40,245 nt of DNA from Dehalococcoidia bacterium (GCA_030684635.1 JAUXUW010000089.1:1-40245), one strand, 5' to 3'. Positions 1 to 10,925 are shown, counted from the first letter of the stretch. Made by a program: numbers and translations. Notes: generated from the sequence alone by a model not told the origin.

Positions 1-1
1 C

Positions 2-2005
2 CGTCGCCGCGACGATCGCCGACCCGAGCACGCGCGCGACGAGTTGGACCGCGCCGCCCTCCTCATCCAGCGGCGCGGCATCGAAATCAACGAGGGGGCC
101 GAAGTCGCCGATCTCCGCGTCGGAGAGCAGCAGGTCCTCAAGACTGAGATCGCCGAAGTCGGGCGACAGCGCCGCATCGCGTTCCGCGAGCGCCGCGCTG
201 TCGTCGCCCGGCCGCGACACCAGGTCGCGGCTGGGGGTCGGGTTGAACTCCACCCACCCGAGGCCCGGGAAGTAGACCTCCGGCCACGACCATGAGTCCG
301 CCTCGGTCAGGATGTATGTCTTGCTCGCCGCGTCGTACGACGCGGGGTCGAGCGTGAAGCCGGCGGCGAGGCGCGCGGGCACACCGATGCTGCGCAACAT
401 CACCACCATCGCCGTGGAGAACTGGTCGAAGTACCCCGTGCGCTGCGTGAACAGGAAGTCCGCGACGGCGTCCGCGCGCGGCGGCGGCGCGCTCACGTCC
501 AGCGAGTAGCGGTAATTCTGACGCAGATACGCCTCGATCATCCGCGCCGCCTCGTAAGGCGTCTGCGCGCTGGCGGTCACGGTCGCGGCCAGTTCGAAGA
601 CTCCGGCCGGCAGGTTGGGCGGCAACTGCGTGTAGCGATCGAAGAGCGCCGCCGGGTAGACCACCCCGGACGCCTGCAGCGTGGAGACGGACGCGACCGA
701 GACCGCGCCGACGGTGGTGTAGGTGCCACCGAGGGATGGGCGGTCCGCCGGCACGAGCGCCACCGCGCCGCCGTTGGTGTCGATCAGCACCTGCGCGGGG
801 ACGTCCGCCGCGAGCGGATCGCCGGCGGCCAGCAGGCGCTGGTCCGGGACGCCCGCCGCGGTCACCGCCACGGTGACCTTCACCGCCTCACGCACCAGCG
901 CCCGCGTCTCCGGCGAGCCGAGTTCGGCCGCCTCGATCGTGGTCTCGGCGAGGCCGACCGGGGCGGCGGTGGAGACCTTCCAGCCGGCGCCGGTGTACTC
1001 GTCATACACGGCGCCGCGCAGGTTCGTGGCGCGGGGCGTGGTGACCTCCAGTAGCGGCACGGTGTCGAGCGTGATCTTGCCCTGGATCGGCAGGGTCGCG
1101 CCCAGCGAGTGGACGGGGATCTCCTTCTTCGACCCGACGCCGATGAACAGCTGGCCGACCTGGTCGATGCGGCTGGAGACAGGCGCGACGAGGCGCCCCC
1201 AGGCATCCGCGAGCGGCCCCAGGTGGTTCGCGGTGGGGATCGTCCAGGCCGCGATCACCAGCACCACAGCCACCACGGCGCCCGCGGTCAGCACCTCCAC
1301 GGACATGAAGTCAGGCGGCTCGAAGCCGCTCTCGCGCCAGCGCTCGCGTGCACTCAGGTACTGCACGCGGGAGACGAGCAGCACCGCAGCGAGCAGGAAC
1401 ATGATGAACGAGAGCGACGGCTGGCCCGGCAGGTAGGAGATGTTCGTCAGCAGCACGAAGCCGCCGGGCACCAGGGCGATCCACGGGTTTAACCAGCGGA
1501 TCGCCGCCCAGGTGGAGACGAACGCCACGGTGAACACCAGCCCTACCAGCAGCACCACGAACGGCAGCGGGTCGGCAGAGATGCCGCCGTCGAGGAGCGC
1601 GGCGCCCCAGTCGCGGAGCCGCAGCCAGAACTCTGACCAGTACGCGCGCGGGCCATCCCCGGCGAGCGGGTCCGCGAGCACCATCGTCTGCATCACCAGC
1701 AGCACCGTGCTGACGACACCGATCACCCCGGCCGTGGCCCACGCGATGGCGCCCGGCAGCCGTGACTTGCCCAGCAGCCAGGCCACCGCGAGCCCGACGA
1801 GGGCGGGGCCCAGCAGGGAGGGCATCTCCTTCACCCAGTTGGACGACTGCAGCGAACCCACCACCGGCAACTGCGCCAGCGCGATCAGGCAGAGCGTCAG
1901 CCAGTCCTCCCACGACCACCACCAGCCGCGCTGTCGCGTCTCGGATGGGCGGGGCGCGGCGTGCGGGGAGGTGAATACCTCATCGAAGGTGGGTGCGGAG
2001 GCCAT
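2..2005 (-). CDS. Membrane-anchored transglutaminase-like (TgpA/YebA-type) protein, C-terminus runs off the window; catalytic triad degenerate
   Basis: Not in the ORF track because there is no stop in the window. Manual translation from ATG 2005: MASAPTFDEVF...WEDWLTLCLIALAQLPVVGSL (multi-TM N-terminus), later DFLFTQRTGYFDQFSTAMVVMLRSIGVPARLAAGF and DSWSWPEVYFPGLGWVEFNPTP, the TGase core pattern. Third gene of the usual MoxR-DUF58-TGase triad. Confidence 0.88.
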   Translation of the reverse strand, partial: MASAPTFDEVFTSPHAAPRPSETRQRGWWWSWEDWLTLCLIALAQLPVVGSLQSSNWVKEMPSLLGPALVGLAVAWLLGKSRLPGAIAWATAGVIGVVSTVLLVMQTMVLADPLAGDGPRAYWSEFWLRLRDWGAALLDGGISADPLPFVVLLVGLVFTVAFVSTWAAIRWLNPWIALVPGGFVLLTNISYLPGQPSLSFIMFLLAAVLLVSRVQYLSARERWRESGFEPPDFMSVEVLTAGAVVAVVLVIAAWTIPTANHLGPLADAWGRLVAPVSSRIDQVGQLFIGVGSKKEIPVHSLGATLPIQGKITLDTVPLLEVTTPRATNLRGAVYDEYTGAGWKVSTAAPVGLAETTIEAAELGSPETRALVREAVKVTVAVTAAGVPDQRLLAAGDPLAADVPAQVLIDTNGGAVALVPADRPSLGGTYTTVGAVSVASVSTLQASGVVYPAALFDRYTQLPPNLPAGVFELAATVTASAQTPYEAARMIEAYLRQNYRYSLDVSAPPPRADAVADFLFTQRTGYFDQFSTAMVVMLRSIGVPARLAAGFTLDPASYDAASKTYILTEADSWSWPEVYFPGLGWVEFNPTPSRDLVSRPGDDSAALAERDAALSPDFGDLSLEDLLLSDAEIGDFGPLVDFDAAPLDEEGGAVQLVARVLGSAIVAAT

Positions 2006-2008
2006 CGC

Positions 2009-3262
2009 TTAGCCCTCCGCCCGCGTGACGCGCGCGGCCTCGTCGCGCTCGGGGTCGGCGCCGATCGAGAGCACGCGGCTCAGGTCGTCCTGGTACTTCA
2101 CGGTGTAGGTGTAGACGCCGCCCGCCGCGAGCGTGCCGTATGCCTCGATCGGGCTGGGGGCCGGGCCGAACGTGTCCGCCTCCAGCAGCACTGCCGCGAC
2201 CTTCACGCCGCGTGCGCCGAGGGCCACGAGGGTGAACGCCCACGCCGGGTCGGTGGACGGCGTCACCACCACGACGGTCGTGTGCCGGCCGAAGCGACGG
2301 GACTCCTCCAGCAGCAGGTTGGAGAGCGGCGCGTCGCCGGAGGACCGCGCGAGGGCGAGCGACTCCAGCAGGCGGGTGTAGTGGTTCTGGCCGCGGTCTG
2401 GCTCATCGACGCGCAGGTCGTCGCCGAACGTGATCATGCCGACGCTGCGGTGCTGGTTGATGAAGTAACGCGCGATCGAGGCGCACACGGCGACGGCCCA
2501 CTCCTCCGTGGAGTCCTCGCCGGTGCCCACGTGGTGGCGCGCGTCCAGGTCCAGCACCAGCCAGATGTCCGACGCCGGGTCGAGCTCGAACTGCTTCACC
2601 ATCGGCTTGCCGAGGCGGGCCGTTGTCGGCCAGTGAATGCGGTTGTAGGAATCACCCGGGGCGTACTCGCGCAGGCCGGAGACGTTCGGCGTGATGTTGT
2701 GCGTGCGGCGACGAAGGCGGCCCTCGCCCGGCAGATTCGCCGGCGGGATGTAGAAGTTCGGCAGGTCGGGTGCGTTCGGGTACACGAGGATCGTCGTCGG
2801 CTCGCCGAAGGTGCGGGTGACGCGAAAGAAGCCGAAGGGGTCGCCCGCGGTCACGCGCACCGGGCCCAGCGTGTAGACGCCGCGCACGCGCGTGCGCGTG
2901 CGGTACCCCCACGCGGCGATGCCCTTCCAGCCGAGCGTGAGCACGCGGCGCGTCTCGTGCCCCGGGATCGAGGAGGGGTCCTCGACCTCCAGCCAGATCT
3001 TCGGCAGCGGCGAACGCGAGCGGACGACGATGCGCCCCTCCAGCGGCTGTCCCTGCGTTACCCGCTGGGAGGTGCGTTGCACCTCCACCTCAAGGCCCTC
3101 CGCCATCGACTTCGTCCAGAAGTAGGCGAACGGTACGGCGACCGCGACGACGTAGGCGAGGCGGAAGAGGAGCCAGAAGCCGGTCGCGAAACCGACGACC
3201 ACGCAGATCAAGGCAACCGCCGCCACCACCGTCACGTTCTGACGGCGGCGCACCGTTTCCAT
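2009..3262 (-). CDS. DUF58 domain-containing (vWA-like) protein
   Basis: N-terminal TM pair, RGVYTLGP..DPFGFF, GLREYAPGDSYNRIHWPTTAR, MVKQFE. ATG 3262 chosen; alternative GTG 3283. Confidence 0.9.
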   Translation of the reverse strand: METVRRRQNVTVVAAVALICVVVGFATGFWLLFRLAYVVAVAVPFAYFWTKSMAEGLEVEVQRTSQRVTQGQPLEGRIVVRSRSPLPKIWLEVEDPSSIPGHETRRVLTLGWKGIAAWGYRTRTRVRGVYTLGPVRVTAGDPFGFFRVTRTFGEPTTILVYPNAPDLPNFYIPPANLPGEGRLRRRTHNITPNVSGLREYAPGDSYNRIHWPTTARLGKPMVKQFELDPASDIWLVLDLDARHHVGTGEDSTEEWAVAVCASIARYFINQHRSVGMITFGDDLRVDEPDRGQNHYTRLLESLALARSSGDAPLSNLLLEESRRFGRHTTVVVVTPSTDPAWAFTLVALGARGVKVAAVLLEADTFGPAPSPIEAYGTLAAGGVYTYTVKYQDDLSRVLSIGADPERDEAARVTRAEG

Positions 3263-3291
3263 CCGCCCGCCGAGCGAGGGCACGGGCGCGC

Positions 3292-4248
3292 CTACACGCC
3301 GCCTCGGGCGCGGACGCCCGGTACTGCCACGCGCTCCAGCGCCTCGTCCACGATCTGCGCGCTGTCCACCTCGCGCACGCGGGCGCTCGGGCTAACGATC
3401 ACACGATGGCCGAGGGTCGCCTGCGCCAGCGCCTTCACGTCGTCCGGCGTCACGAAGTCACGACCGTCCAGCATGGCGTGCGCTTGCGTCGCGCGCATGA
3501 GCGCAAGCGAGCCGCGCGGCGACGCGCCCAGGTAGGCCGCCGGGTGGTCACGCGTCGCGTTCACCAGCGTCACGATGTACTGCTTGATCAGCGGATCGAC
3601 GTAGATGCGGCCTACCGCGTCCTGCATCTCCACGACTTCGCGCGGCGTCACCACCTGCGCCAGCGCTTCGATCGGGTGGTGGGACTGCTGCGCGTCCATG
3701 ATCAGCACCTCGTCCGTGGGGGACGGGTAGCCGAGGCGGATGCGCATGAGGAAACGATCCAACTGCGCCTCCGGCAGCGGGAACGTGCCCTCGTACTCGA
3801 TCGGGTTCTGCGTCGCCATCACCATGTGCGGCGCCGGGAGCGGGTGGGTGATGCCGTCCACCGTGACCTGGTGCTCCTCCATCGCCTCGAGGAGCGCGGA
3901 CTGGGTCTTGGGCGTGGCGCGGTTCACCTCGTCCGCGAGGACGATCTCCGCCATGATCGGGCCGGGACGGAAGGTGAACTCGCCGGTGGCCTGCTGGTAG
4001 ATGGAGACGCCGGTGACGTCCGCCGGGAGCAGGTCCGGCGTGAACTGGATGCGCGCGAAGCGGCACCCCGTGGAGACAGCCAGCGCCCGCGCCAGCATGG
4101 TCTTCCCCACCCCGGGCACATCCTCGATGAGGAGGTGGCCGCGACAGAGCAGGGTCACGAGCGCGAGACGCGCTTCCGCCGACTTGCCGATGATCACGCG
4201 CTCGACGTTCTCGAGCACCCGATCCGCGACGATCCTGGGATCTTCCAT
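3292..4248 (-). CDS. moxR: MoxR family AAA+ ATPase (MoxR proper)
   Basis: [13 protein letters not shown] (Walker A), [71 protein letters not shown] precedes ATG 4248. Confidence 0.95.
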   Translation of the reverse strand: MEDPRIVADRVLENVERVIIGKSAEARLALVTLLCRGHLLIEDVPGVGKTMLARALAVSTGCRFARIQFTPDLLPADVTGVSIYQQATGEFTFRPGPIMAEIVLADEVNRATPKTQSALLEAMEEHQVTVDGITHPLPAPHMVMATQNPIEYEGTFPLPEAQLDRFLMRIRLGYPSPTDEVLIMDAQQSHHPIEALAQVVTPREVVEMQDAVGRIYVDPLIKQYIVTLVNATRDHPAAYLGASPRGSLALMRATQAHAMLDGRDFVTPDDVKALAQATLGHRVIVSPSARVREVDSAQIVDEALERVAVPGVRARGGV

Positions 4249-4462
4249 GACACCTCCGGGTGGAACGATCCCCCGGAACGCCTGTCGGGCGCGCACCGGG
4301 CCTCAGAGTTGCGATCGCTGCCAGTGTGGTGGGAAACGGGACGCCGCTGACCCGAATTCAGTTCGAGTATACAGATGCGAGAAAGCCTCTCCCGCCGCCC
4401 CACGTTACGATCTCGTCAAACCCGCCACCGAAGCGCGAAGCCTGTGATCGACCGGAGTAGAC

Positions 4463-5491
4463 GTGCGCGGAGCGCTCATCGATCCACCGCCACCGCCCCG
4501 GCCGTGGTACCGCCGCCTGTCTGCGCGGGCGGCCGGCGCCGTGCTCGTCGTGATCCTGATCGCGGGGGCCGCCGCTCTCCTCCGCGACGGCACCCCTGAC
4601 CCTGGCGCCGCCACCGTTGGACTCGCCACCACGACCCCAACCGCCGAGGCCTCAGCCGTCGCGACGGCAGCCGTCGCTTCCACGCCGGTGCCGATCGCGA
4701 TCACACTTAACCCGCCGGACGTGGGCCGAGGGGAGACATCGCTACTGGTCGTCCGGCGTCCCGGCGCGGCCAGTGGATCCGTGGTTTTTCTGGGGCGCCA
4801 CTACCCGCTCGAACGTGACGGCGACACGCTCTGGGCGCCGCTCGGCGCCGGCCTCGTCGCCCCGCTCGGGCCGCAGGTCGCCGTCGTCATCACGCGCGAC
4901 GCGACGGGCGCAACGCTGGAGACCGCCGAGGTGCCGTTTGCGGTGGTGGAGGTCGACCGGCCCGTTGACTACCTCGAACTGACCGAGGAGGAAGGCTCGG
5001 TGCTGACGCCGGAGGCGCTGGCGACCGAGGCGCGCATGCGCGCGTTCGAGCAGTTCAACGCCTTCGATGGACATGCCGCGTGGGACGGCCTGTTCATCCG
5101 ACCGGCGGAGGGCATCGTCACAACGGAGTTCGGCCAGGCCCGCTCGATCAACGGCGGCCCGATCGGCGGCGCGCACAGCGGCCTCGACATTGCGAACGCG
5201 GAGGGGACGCCGGTCGTCTCCGCCGCGCCGGGCCGGGTGATCTGGGCGGCGCCCATGCCGATCCGCGGCAACACCGTCCTCGTGGACCACGGGGCCGGCG
5301 TCGTGACCGGCTACCACCACCTGCTGGAGATCACGACCGAGGCCGGCGCGCGGGTGGAGGCGGGCGAGGTGATCGCGCTCATGGGCTCGACCGGCCTGTC
5401 GACCGGGCCGCACCTCCACTGGGAGATGACGATTTACGGCGTGAACGTAGACCCGGTGACGTGGACGGAGCGGCCGTTCAGGCCGGAGTAG
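4463..5491 (+). CDS. M23 family metallopeptidase with N-terminal membrane anchor
   Basis: HSGLD (HxxxD) and STGPHLHWE (HxH) motifs, N-terminal TM helix, Thr/Ala-rich linker. GGAG before GTG 4463. Confidence 0.9.
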   Translation: MRGALIDPPPPPRPWYRRLSARAAGAVLVVILIAGAAALLRDGTPDPGAATVGLATTTPTAEASAVATAAVASTPVPIAITLNPPDVGRGETSLLVVRRPGAASGSVVFLGRHYPLERDGDTLWAPLGAGLVAPLGPQVAVVITRDATGATLETAEVPFAVVEVDRPVDYLELTEEEGSVLTPEALATEARMRAFEQFNAFDGHAAWDGLFIRPAEGIVTTEFGQARSINGGPIGGAHSGLDIANAEGTPVVSAAPGRVIWAAPMPIRGNTVLVDHGAGVVTGYHHLLEITTEAGARVEAGEVIALMGSTGLSTGPHLHWEMTIYGVNVDPVTWTERPFRPE

Positions 5492-6419
5492 TCACGGCGA
5501 CGAGGGCGCCCCAATCGCCTTCCTCGAAGTCCTCGCGCACCACCAGTCCAGCCTGTTCGGCGGCGGCGCGCACCTCGTGTGCGTCGCGGCGCAGGAAGCC
5601 GCTCGCGACCAGCGTGCCGCCGGGCCGGAGCGCGGCGACGAGCAACGGCATGAGCCGCCCGAGCACGACCGAGGAGATGTTCGCGAGCACCAGGTCCGCG
5701 GAGCCCTCGGCGGGAGCGGCCGGCCACGGCCAGATGTCGCCGACGCTGCCCGCGCCGAACTCGATCATTCCCTCCACGCCGTTGCGCTCCGCGTTCTCCA
5801 CGGCCACCGCCACCGTCGCCGCGTCGATGTCCACGGCGCGCACGCTGCGGGCACCCAGTTTCGCTGCGCCGATCGCGAGGATGCCCGAGCCCGCGCCCAC
5901 GTCCAGCACATCCATGCCCGGCGCGATCACGCCCTCCAGCGCGAGCAGGCAGAGCCGCGTGGTCTCGTGCTCGCCGGTGCCGAACGCCGCGCCGGGATCG
6001 AGGTCGATGATCACCTCGTGCGGCTGTGCTTCGTACGGCTCCCACGACGGACGGACGACGAGGCGCTGGCCGTTGTGCTGGATGCGGTAGAACTGCTTCC
6101 ACTCCTCCGCCCAGTCCACCGGCTCCACCTCGCGCATCTGCAGACGCGCGAGCGGCCCGCTGACCGCGACCTGCGCGAGGCGGCGACGGAGCGCACGGCG
6201 GGCGGGCTGGGACAGCGCGGCCGGGAAGGTGGCGCGCACGACCCAGGGGCGGTCGGTGAGTTCCTCGTAGGAGAAGTCGGCGAAGTCGGAGATCAGGAGG
6301 GCCGGCTCGATCGAGACGCCGGCCGCGCCCGCCTCGCGCAGGACGTCGGCGGCGGCTTCCGTGTCGGCGGGATCGCAGCGTGCGACGACCTCGAACCAGC
6401 GATCGTCAGGAGTGGCCAC
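5478..6419 (-). CDS. prmA: 50S ribosomal protein L11 methyltransferase
   Basis: DWAEEWKQFY, IDLDPGAAFGTGEHETTRLCL, VLDVGAGSGILAI, LVLANI; directly after dnaJ. Confidence 0.95.
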   Translation of the reverse strand: MATPDDRWFEVVARCDPADTEAAADVLREAGAAGVSIEPALLISDFADFSYEELTDRPWVVRATFPAALSQPARRALRRRLAQVAVSGPLARLQMREVEPVDWAEEWKQFYRIQHNGQRLVVRPSWEPYEAQPHEVIIDLDPGAAFGTGEHETTRLCLLALEGVIAPGMDVLDVGAGSGILAIGAAKLGARSVRAVDIDAATVAVAVENAERNGVEGMIEFGAGSVGDIWPWPAAPAEGSADLVLANISSVVLGRLMPLLVAALRPGGTLVASGFLRRDAHEVRAAAEQAGLVVREDFEEGDWGALVAVTTPA

Positions 6420-6422
6420 GCG

Positions 6423-7544
6423 CTAGGTAAACGCGCTCTTGATGCGATCGAAGACGGACGGGTCTTCGGGCACATCCGGCGTGCCGAGGGACTCCGCGAG
6501 GCGGCGCAGAAGTTCCTTCTGGTCGCCGGATAGTTTCGTTGGCGTCACCACATAGGTGCGCACCAGCAGGTCGCCGCGCGCGGAGCTGCGCAGGTGCGGG
6601 ACACCACGCCCGCGGATCACGTGCACCTCGCCGTGCTGCACGCCCGGCTTCAGCTTCAGTTCGACCGGGTCGCCCTCGATCGTCGGGACCTGGACGTCGG
6701 TGCCGAGCGAGGCCTGCGCGATGTTCAGCGCCAGGTCGTAGATCAGGTCGTCGTCAACGCGCTTGAAGACCTCGTGCTGCGCGACGTTGAGTTCGATGTA
6801 GAGGTGGCCGGGCGGGCCACCGCGCGGGCCGTGGTCGCCTTCGCCGGCGATGCGCATCTGCGAGCCGGTGTCGACACCGGCGGGCACCTTCACGGAGCGG
6901 GTCACCGGCACGCGGCGCATGCCCTGGCCCCGGCAGGTCTTGCACGGGTCACTCACGATCGTGCCTTCGCCACGGCAGCGGTTGCACGTGGCCACGTTCA
7001 CGAACTGGCCGAACAGCGACTGCTGCACGCGCCGGATCTCGCCCGCGCCCTGGCATTCGGAGCATTGCGGTTTTTCGGTCGCGCCCGCCTGCCCGGTCGC
7101 CCGGCAATCCGGGCAGCGCTCGACGCGCTCGAAGGAGAGTTCGTGCTCCGTGCCGGCGACCGCCTCTTCGAGGGTGATCGTGAGCGTCGCGTGCAGGTCG
7201 GAGCCCGGCTGCGGGCCGGCGCGGCGGGTGCCCGTACCACGGAAGAACGCATCGAAGATGTCGCCGAAGCCGCCGAAGCCCTCGTGCCCCTGGAAGCCCT
7301 GGGCGCCCCCGACGCCGGCGGCGCCGAAGCGGTCGTACCGCGAGCGCTTCTCCGGGTCGGAGAGCACCTCGTAGGCAGCGTTGACTTCCTTGAACTTCGC
7401 CTCGGCGGTGGCCTCCTTGTTGCGGTCCGGGTGGTACTGCATCGCGAGGCGGCGGAAAGCCTTCTTGATGTCGTCCGCGCTCGCATCGCGCGGGACACCC
7501 AGGACCCCGTACAGGTCGGCGTTACCGGTGGAGTTGGTCGTCAT
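6423..7544 (-). CDS. dnaJ: Chaperone DnaJ
   Basis: J domain with YHPD, G/F region with DIF, four CxxCxxxG zinc repeats, C-terminal domains. ATG 7544 chosen because the longer ORF overlaps the upstream gene. Confidence 0.96.
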   Translation of the reverse strand: MTTNSTGNADLYGVLGVPRDASADDIKKAFRRLAMQYHPDRNKEATAEAKFKEVNAAYEVLSDPEKRSRYDRFGAAGVGGAQGFQGHEGFGGFGDIFDAFFRGTGTRRAGPQPGSDLHATLTITLEEAVAGTEHELSFERVERCPDCRATGQAGATEKPQCSECQGAGEIRRVQQSLFGQFVNVATCNRCRGEGTIVSDPCKTCRGQGMRRVPVTRSVKVPAGVDTGSQMRIAGEGDHGPRGGPPGHLYIELNVAQHEVFKRVDDDLIYDLALNIAQASLGTDVQVPTIEGDPVELKLKPGVQHGEVHVIRGRGVPHLRSSARGDLLVRTYVVTPTKLSGDQKELLRRLAESLGTPDVPEDPSVFDRIKSAFT

Positions 7545-7572
7545 CGAACATCCATCGTACCGCCACGCCTCG

Positions 7573-8316
7573 TTATCGGCGGCGCTCCTCCAGCAGCTGG
7601 GCGGCAACCGCGTCGAAGATGGCGTCGTTCACGCCCTGCGCCCGCAGAAACGCCCGAGCGCCGCCGTGCCGCTCGCGCAGCGTCGCCAGCATCTCCGCCA
7701 TCGCCGGGCGCGGGACGCCCAGGGCCGGGTTCGGCGCCTCGTCCGGCTTGATCACGCCCCGGGCGCGCAGCCGGGCGACCAGCGTGTCCATGGCCACCTG
7801 GGACAGCGCGAAGTCGTCCAGGATCGTCCCCTCGTCCACGCCAAGAGCGTCCAGCAACAGCGCCGCGAACACCCCGGTGCGGTCCTTGCCGGTCACGCAG
7901 TGGAAGACGGCCGGGTAGGTCTCGTCCCGCCCGAGGAGCGCGAAGGCCGTGGCCCAGGCCTGCCCGTGCCGCTCCATCATGTCCACGTAGCCCGGGTCCC
8001 ACGCGCCCTCCGACCGGGCGGCGAATTTCGCGTCCGCGTTGCCCATGGGGAAATGGTGACGGGTGACCTCCACGGTGCAGAGCGCACCCACGCCCCGCGG
8101 GTCGCCGGCCTCCGCCTCGCTGCGGAAGTCGATCACGGTGCGGAGCGGCACCTCCGCGCGGAGCCGCTCGACCTCGTGCGGCTGCATGCGCTGGTGCTCG
8201 GCGGAGCGGAAGAGCCGCCGCCAGCGCACGGTGCGGCCGTCCGCGGTGTCGTAGCCGCCCAGATCGCGGAAGTTGTAGACCTGCTCGAAGTCGAAGTGCC
8301 GCTCGTACTGGCTCAT
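7573..8316 (-). CDS. Tyrosine-protein phosphatase (IphP/MptpB-like, Y_phosphatase3)
   Basis: [18 protein letters not shown] and P-loop [11 protein letters not shown] (CX5R). Confidence 0.92.
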   Translation of the reverse strand: MSQYERHFDFEQVYNFRDLGGYDTADGRTVRWRRLFRSAEHQRMQPHEVERLRAEVPLRTVIDFRSEAEAGDPRGVGALCTVEVTRHHFPMGNADAKFAARSEGAWDPGYVDMMERHGQAWATAFALLGRDETYPAVFHCVTGKDRTGVFAALLLDALGVDEGTILDDFALSQVAMDTLVARLRARGVIKPDEAPNPALGVPRPAMAEMLATLRERHGGARAFLRAQGVNDAIFDAVAAQLLEERRR

Positions 8317-8323
8317 GGCCGTC

Positions 8324-8358
8324 CCCCCGTTGCCCTCGGCGCCCCCGTTGCCCTCGGC
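8324..8358. repeat. Tandem 17-bp direct repeat CCCCCGTTGCCCTCGGC x2
   Basis: Identical copies at 8324-8340 and 8342-8358, just upstream of the phosphatase start. Confidence 0.9.
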
Positions 8359-8374
8359 ACGCTGGCCGACAGCC

Positions 8375-8411
8375 GGACGCCCCGCCGACGGTATACATCA
8401 GCGGGGCGTCC
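8375..8411 (-). terminator. Strong stem-loop after dnaK without U-tract (partial terminator or mRNA-stabilising hairpin)
   Basis: GGACGCCCCGCCGA...TCAGCGGGGCGTCC, 13/14 inverted repeat; the mismatch is a G-U pair on the minus-strand RNA. Confidence 0.6.
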
Positions 8412-8437
8412 GTTGGGTTCAACTTCCGGGCGGGGGG

Positions 8438-10333
8438 CTAGACCTCCCGGAACTCGCCCTCGATCGTGCTGGCCTCCTCGGGCGCGTCCGGACCGGCATC
8501 GCCGCCGGCGCCGGGGGCGTTCTGAGCCTGCTGCTTGGAGTAGATGGCGGCGCCCACGGCCTGCATGGCCGCCGACAGCGCCTCCGTCTTCGCGTTCATC
8601 TCGTCCGCGTCCTCACCACCGAGGGCGGTGCGAACCTCTGCGATCGCGGCCTCCACCTGTTGCTTCTGCTCCGCGGTCACGATCTCCGCGTTGTCGCGCA
8701 GCATCTTCTCGGCGGCGTACGCCAGCGAGTCGGCGCTGTTGCGGGACTCGGCGAGGGTGCGCTTCTTCGCGTCCTCGTCCGCGTGCTGCTCGGCGTCGCG
8801 CTTCAGGCGCTGCACCTCGTCGTCCGACAGGCCGCTGGAGGCCTGGATGGTGATGTGCTGCTGCTTGCCCGTCGCCTTGTCCGCCGCGGACACCTTCACC
8901 ATGCCGTTCGCGTCGATGTCGAACGTGACCTCCACCTGCGGGACGCCTCGCGGCGCGGGGAGGATGCCGTCCAGGATGAAGCGAGCCAGCGACTTGTTGT
9001 CGCCCGCCATGGTGCGCTCGCCCTGGAGGACGTGGATCTCCACCGACGGCTGGTTGTCGCTGGCCGTGGAGAACACCTGCGACGCGCTGGTCGGGATCGT
9101 CGTGTTGCGCTCGATGATCGGCGTCATCACGCCGCCCAGCGTCTCAATGCCAAGCGTGAGCGGCGTCACGTCCAGCAGCAGGACGTCCTTGACCTCGCCC
9201 TTGAGCACGCCGGCCTGGATCGCCGCGCCGATGGCGACGACCTCGTCCGGGTTCACGCCGCGGTGCGGCTCCTTGCCGAAGAACTCCTCCACGCGCTTCT
9301 GCACGAGCGGCATGCGGGTCATGCCGCCCACCAGGACCACCTCGTCCACCGCGGAGGCGGCGACGCCGGCGTCCTCCAGCGCCTGCTTCACCGGGGCGAG
9401 CGTGCGCTCCACGAGCGGCATGACGAGCTGCTCGAACTGGGAGCGGGTCAGCGTCAGCACCAGGTGCTTCGGACCGCTGGCGTCCGCGGTGATGAACGGG
9501 AGGTTGATCTCCGTGGACTGCGCGGAGGAGAGCTCGATCTTCGCCTTCTCCGCCGCTTCCTTGAGGCGCTGTAGCGCCATCCGGTCCTGCGACAGGTCGA
9601 TCCCCTGGTCGCGCTTGAACTCCGACACGAGGTGGTCGATGACGACGTTGTCGAAGTCGTCGCCACCCAGGAAGGTATCGCCGTTCGTCGCCTTCACCTG
9701 GAAGGTGCCGTCCCCGATCTCGAGGATCGAGATGTCGAACGTGCCGCCGCCGAGGTCGTAGACCGCGATCAGCTCGTCATTTTTCTTGTCCAGGCCGTAC
9801 GCGAGCGCCGCGGCGGTCGGCTCGTTGATGATGCGCAAGACCTCAAGGCCGGCGATGCGGCCGGAGTCACGGGTGGCCTGGCGCTGGGCGTCGTTGAAGT
9901 AGGCGGGGACCGTGATCACGGCTTCCGTCACGCTCTCGCCCAGGTATGCCTCGGCGTCTGCCTTCAACTTCTGCAGGATCATGGCGCTGATCTCGGGGGG
10001 CGAGTACTGCTTGCCGCCCATCTCCACGCCGGCGTCACCGTTGTCGCGGCGGATCAGGCCGAAGCCAGCCACGCGCTTCAGGCGGACGACCTCTTCGTCA
10101 TCGAAGCGGCGGCCCATCAAGCGCTTCACGGAGTAGACCGTGTTGTCCGAGTTGGTCACGGCCTGGCGCTTCGCGACCGTGCCCACCAGGCGCTCGCCGT
10201 TCTTGGCGATCGCCACCATGGACGGCGTCGTGCGGCCGCCCTCGGCGTTCGCGATGACGCGGGGCTCGCCGCCTTCCATCACCGCCACGCACGAGTTCGT
10301 CGTGCCGAGGTCGATGCCAATCACCTTACCCAT
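8438..10333 (-). CDS. dnaK: Chaperone DnaK (Hsp70)
   Basis: [40 protein letters not shown]; 631 aa. Confidence 0.99.
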   Translation of the reverse strand: MGKVIGIDLGTTNSCVAVMEGGEPRVIANAEGGRTTPSMVAIAKNGERLVGTVAKRQAVTNSDNTVYSVKRLMGRRFDDEEVVRLKRVAGFGLIRRDNGDAGVEMGGKQYSPPEISAMILQKLKADAEAYLGESVTEAVITVPAYFNDAQRQATRDSGRIAGLEVLRIINEPTAAALAYGLDKKNDELIAVYDLGGGTFDISILEIGDGTFQVKATNGDTFLGGDDFDNVVIDHLVSEFKRDQGIDLSQDRMALQRLKEAAEKAKIELSSAQSTEINLPFITADASGPKHLVLTLTRSQFEQLVMPLVERTLAPVKQALEDAGVAASAVDEVVLVGGMTRMPLVQKRVEEFFGKEPHRGVNPDEVVAIGAAIQAGVLKGEVKDVLLLDVTPLTLGIETLGGVMTPIIERNTTIPTSASQVFSTASDNQPSVEIHVLQGERTMAGDNKSLARFILDGILPAPRGVPQVEVTFDIDANGMVKVSAADKATGKQQHITIQASSGLSDDEVQRLKRDAEQHADEDAKKRTLAESRNSADSLAYAAEKMLRDNAEIVTAEQKQQVEAAIAEVRTALGGEDADEMNAKTEALSAAMQAVGAAIYSKQQAQNAPGAGGDAGPDAPEEASTIEGEFREV

Positions 10334-10397
10334 GCTGTCCTTCTTTTCCCCGCGCTGCGGCGGTTCGTTGTCTTCCTGATCGGGAGCGGGATGCGCG

Positions 10398-10925
10398 TTA
10401 CGTGGTCGCGCCCTCGCCGTTCCCCACCATCACCATCGCCGGGCGGATCACCCGGTCCTGCACCGCGTAGCCGCGGCGGACCAGGTGCACCACCTCGTTC
10501 TCGGGCCCGGGCGCCTGGCCCATGGCCTCGTGCTTGTTCGGGTCGAACGGCTGGTGCAGCGCGTGGATCTCCTCCACGCCGCGCTGCTCCAGCGCCCGGC
10601 GGAAGCCCTGCAGCACCAGCCGCACGCCCTCCGCCCAGGGGTGGTCGCGCACGTCTTCCGGCGCGGACTCCACCGCCCGCTCGAGGTCATCGATCGCGGG
10701 GAGGAAGCCAGAGACGGCGTCCGCGATGGCGACCCGGCCCACCTCTGCGCGCTCCTCGCGGGCGCGGCGGAGCAGGTTCTGGTAGTCCGCCAGCGCCCGC
10801 GCCTCGCGCGCGCGGGCCGCCTCCAGCTCGCGGCCCAGGTCATCGAGCTCGGGAACGGCGACATCGGAGGATTCCGCGGGAAGCGGCTCCTCGGGTGCGG
10901 CCGGGGCCGTGTGTTGGTCGGTCAT
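10398..10925 (-). CDS. grpE: Nucleotide exchange factor GrpE
   Basis: [50 protein letters not shown] before ATG 10925. Confidence 0.95.
   Translation of the reverse strand: MTDQHTAPAAPEEPLPAESSDVAVPELDDLGRELEAARAREARALADYQNLLRRAREERAEVGRVAIADAVSGFLPAIDDLERAVESAPEDVRDHPWAEGVRLVLQGFRRALEQRGVEEIHALHQPFDPNKHEAMGQAPGPENEVVHLVRRGYAVQDRVIRPAMVMVGNGEGATT

Noticed and set aside
4249-4462. GGGAAAC/GGGACGC resembling a c-di-GMP-I riboswitch
   Set aside because: Lacks the GGCAAAC...GCAAAGC framework and paired stems.
10040-10115. DnaK carries the ~23-aa insert typical of diderm bacteria
   Set aside because: Known Hsp70 indel, reported in Chloroflexota; not novel.
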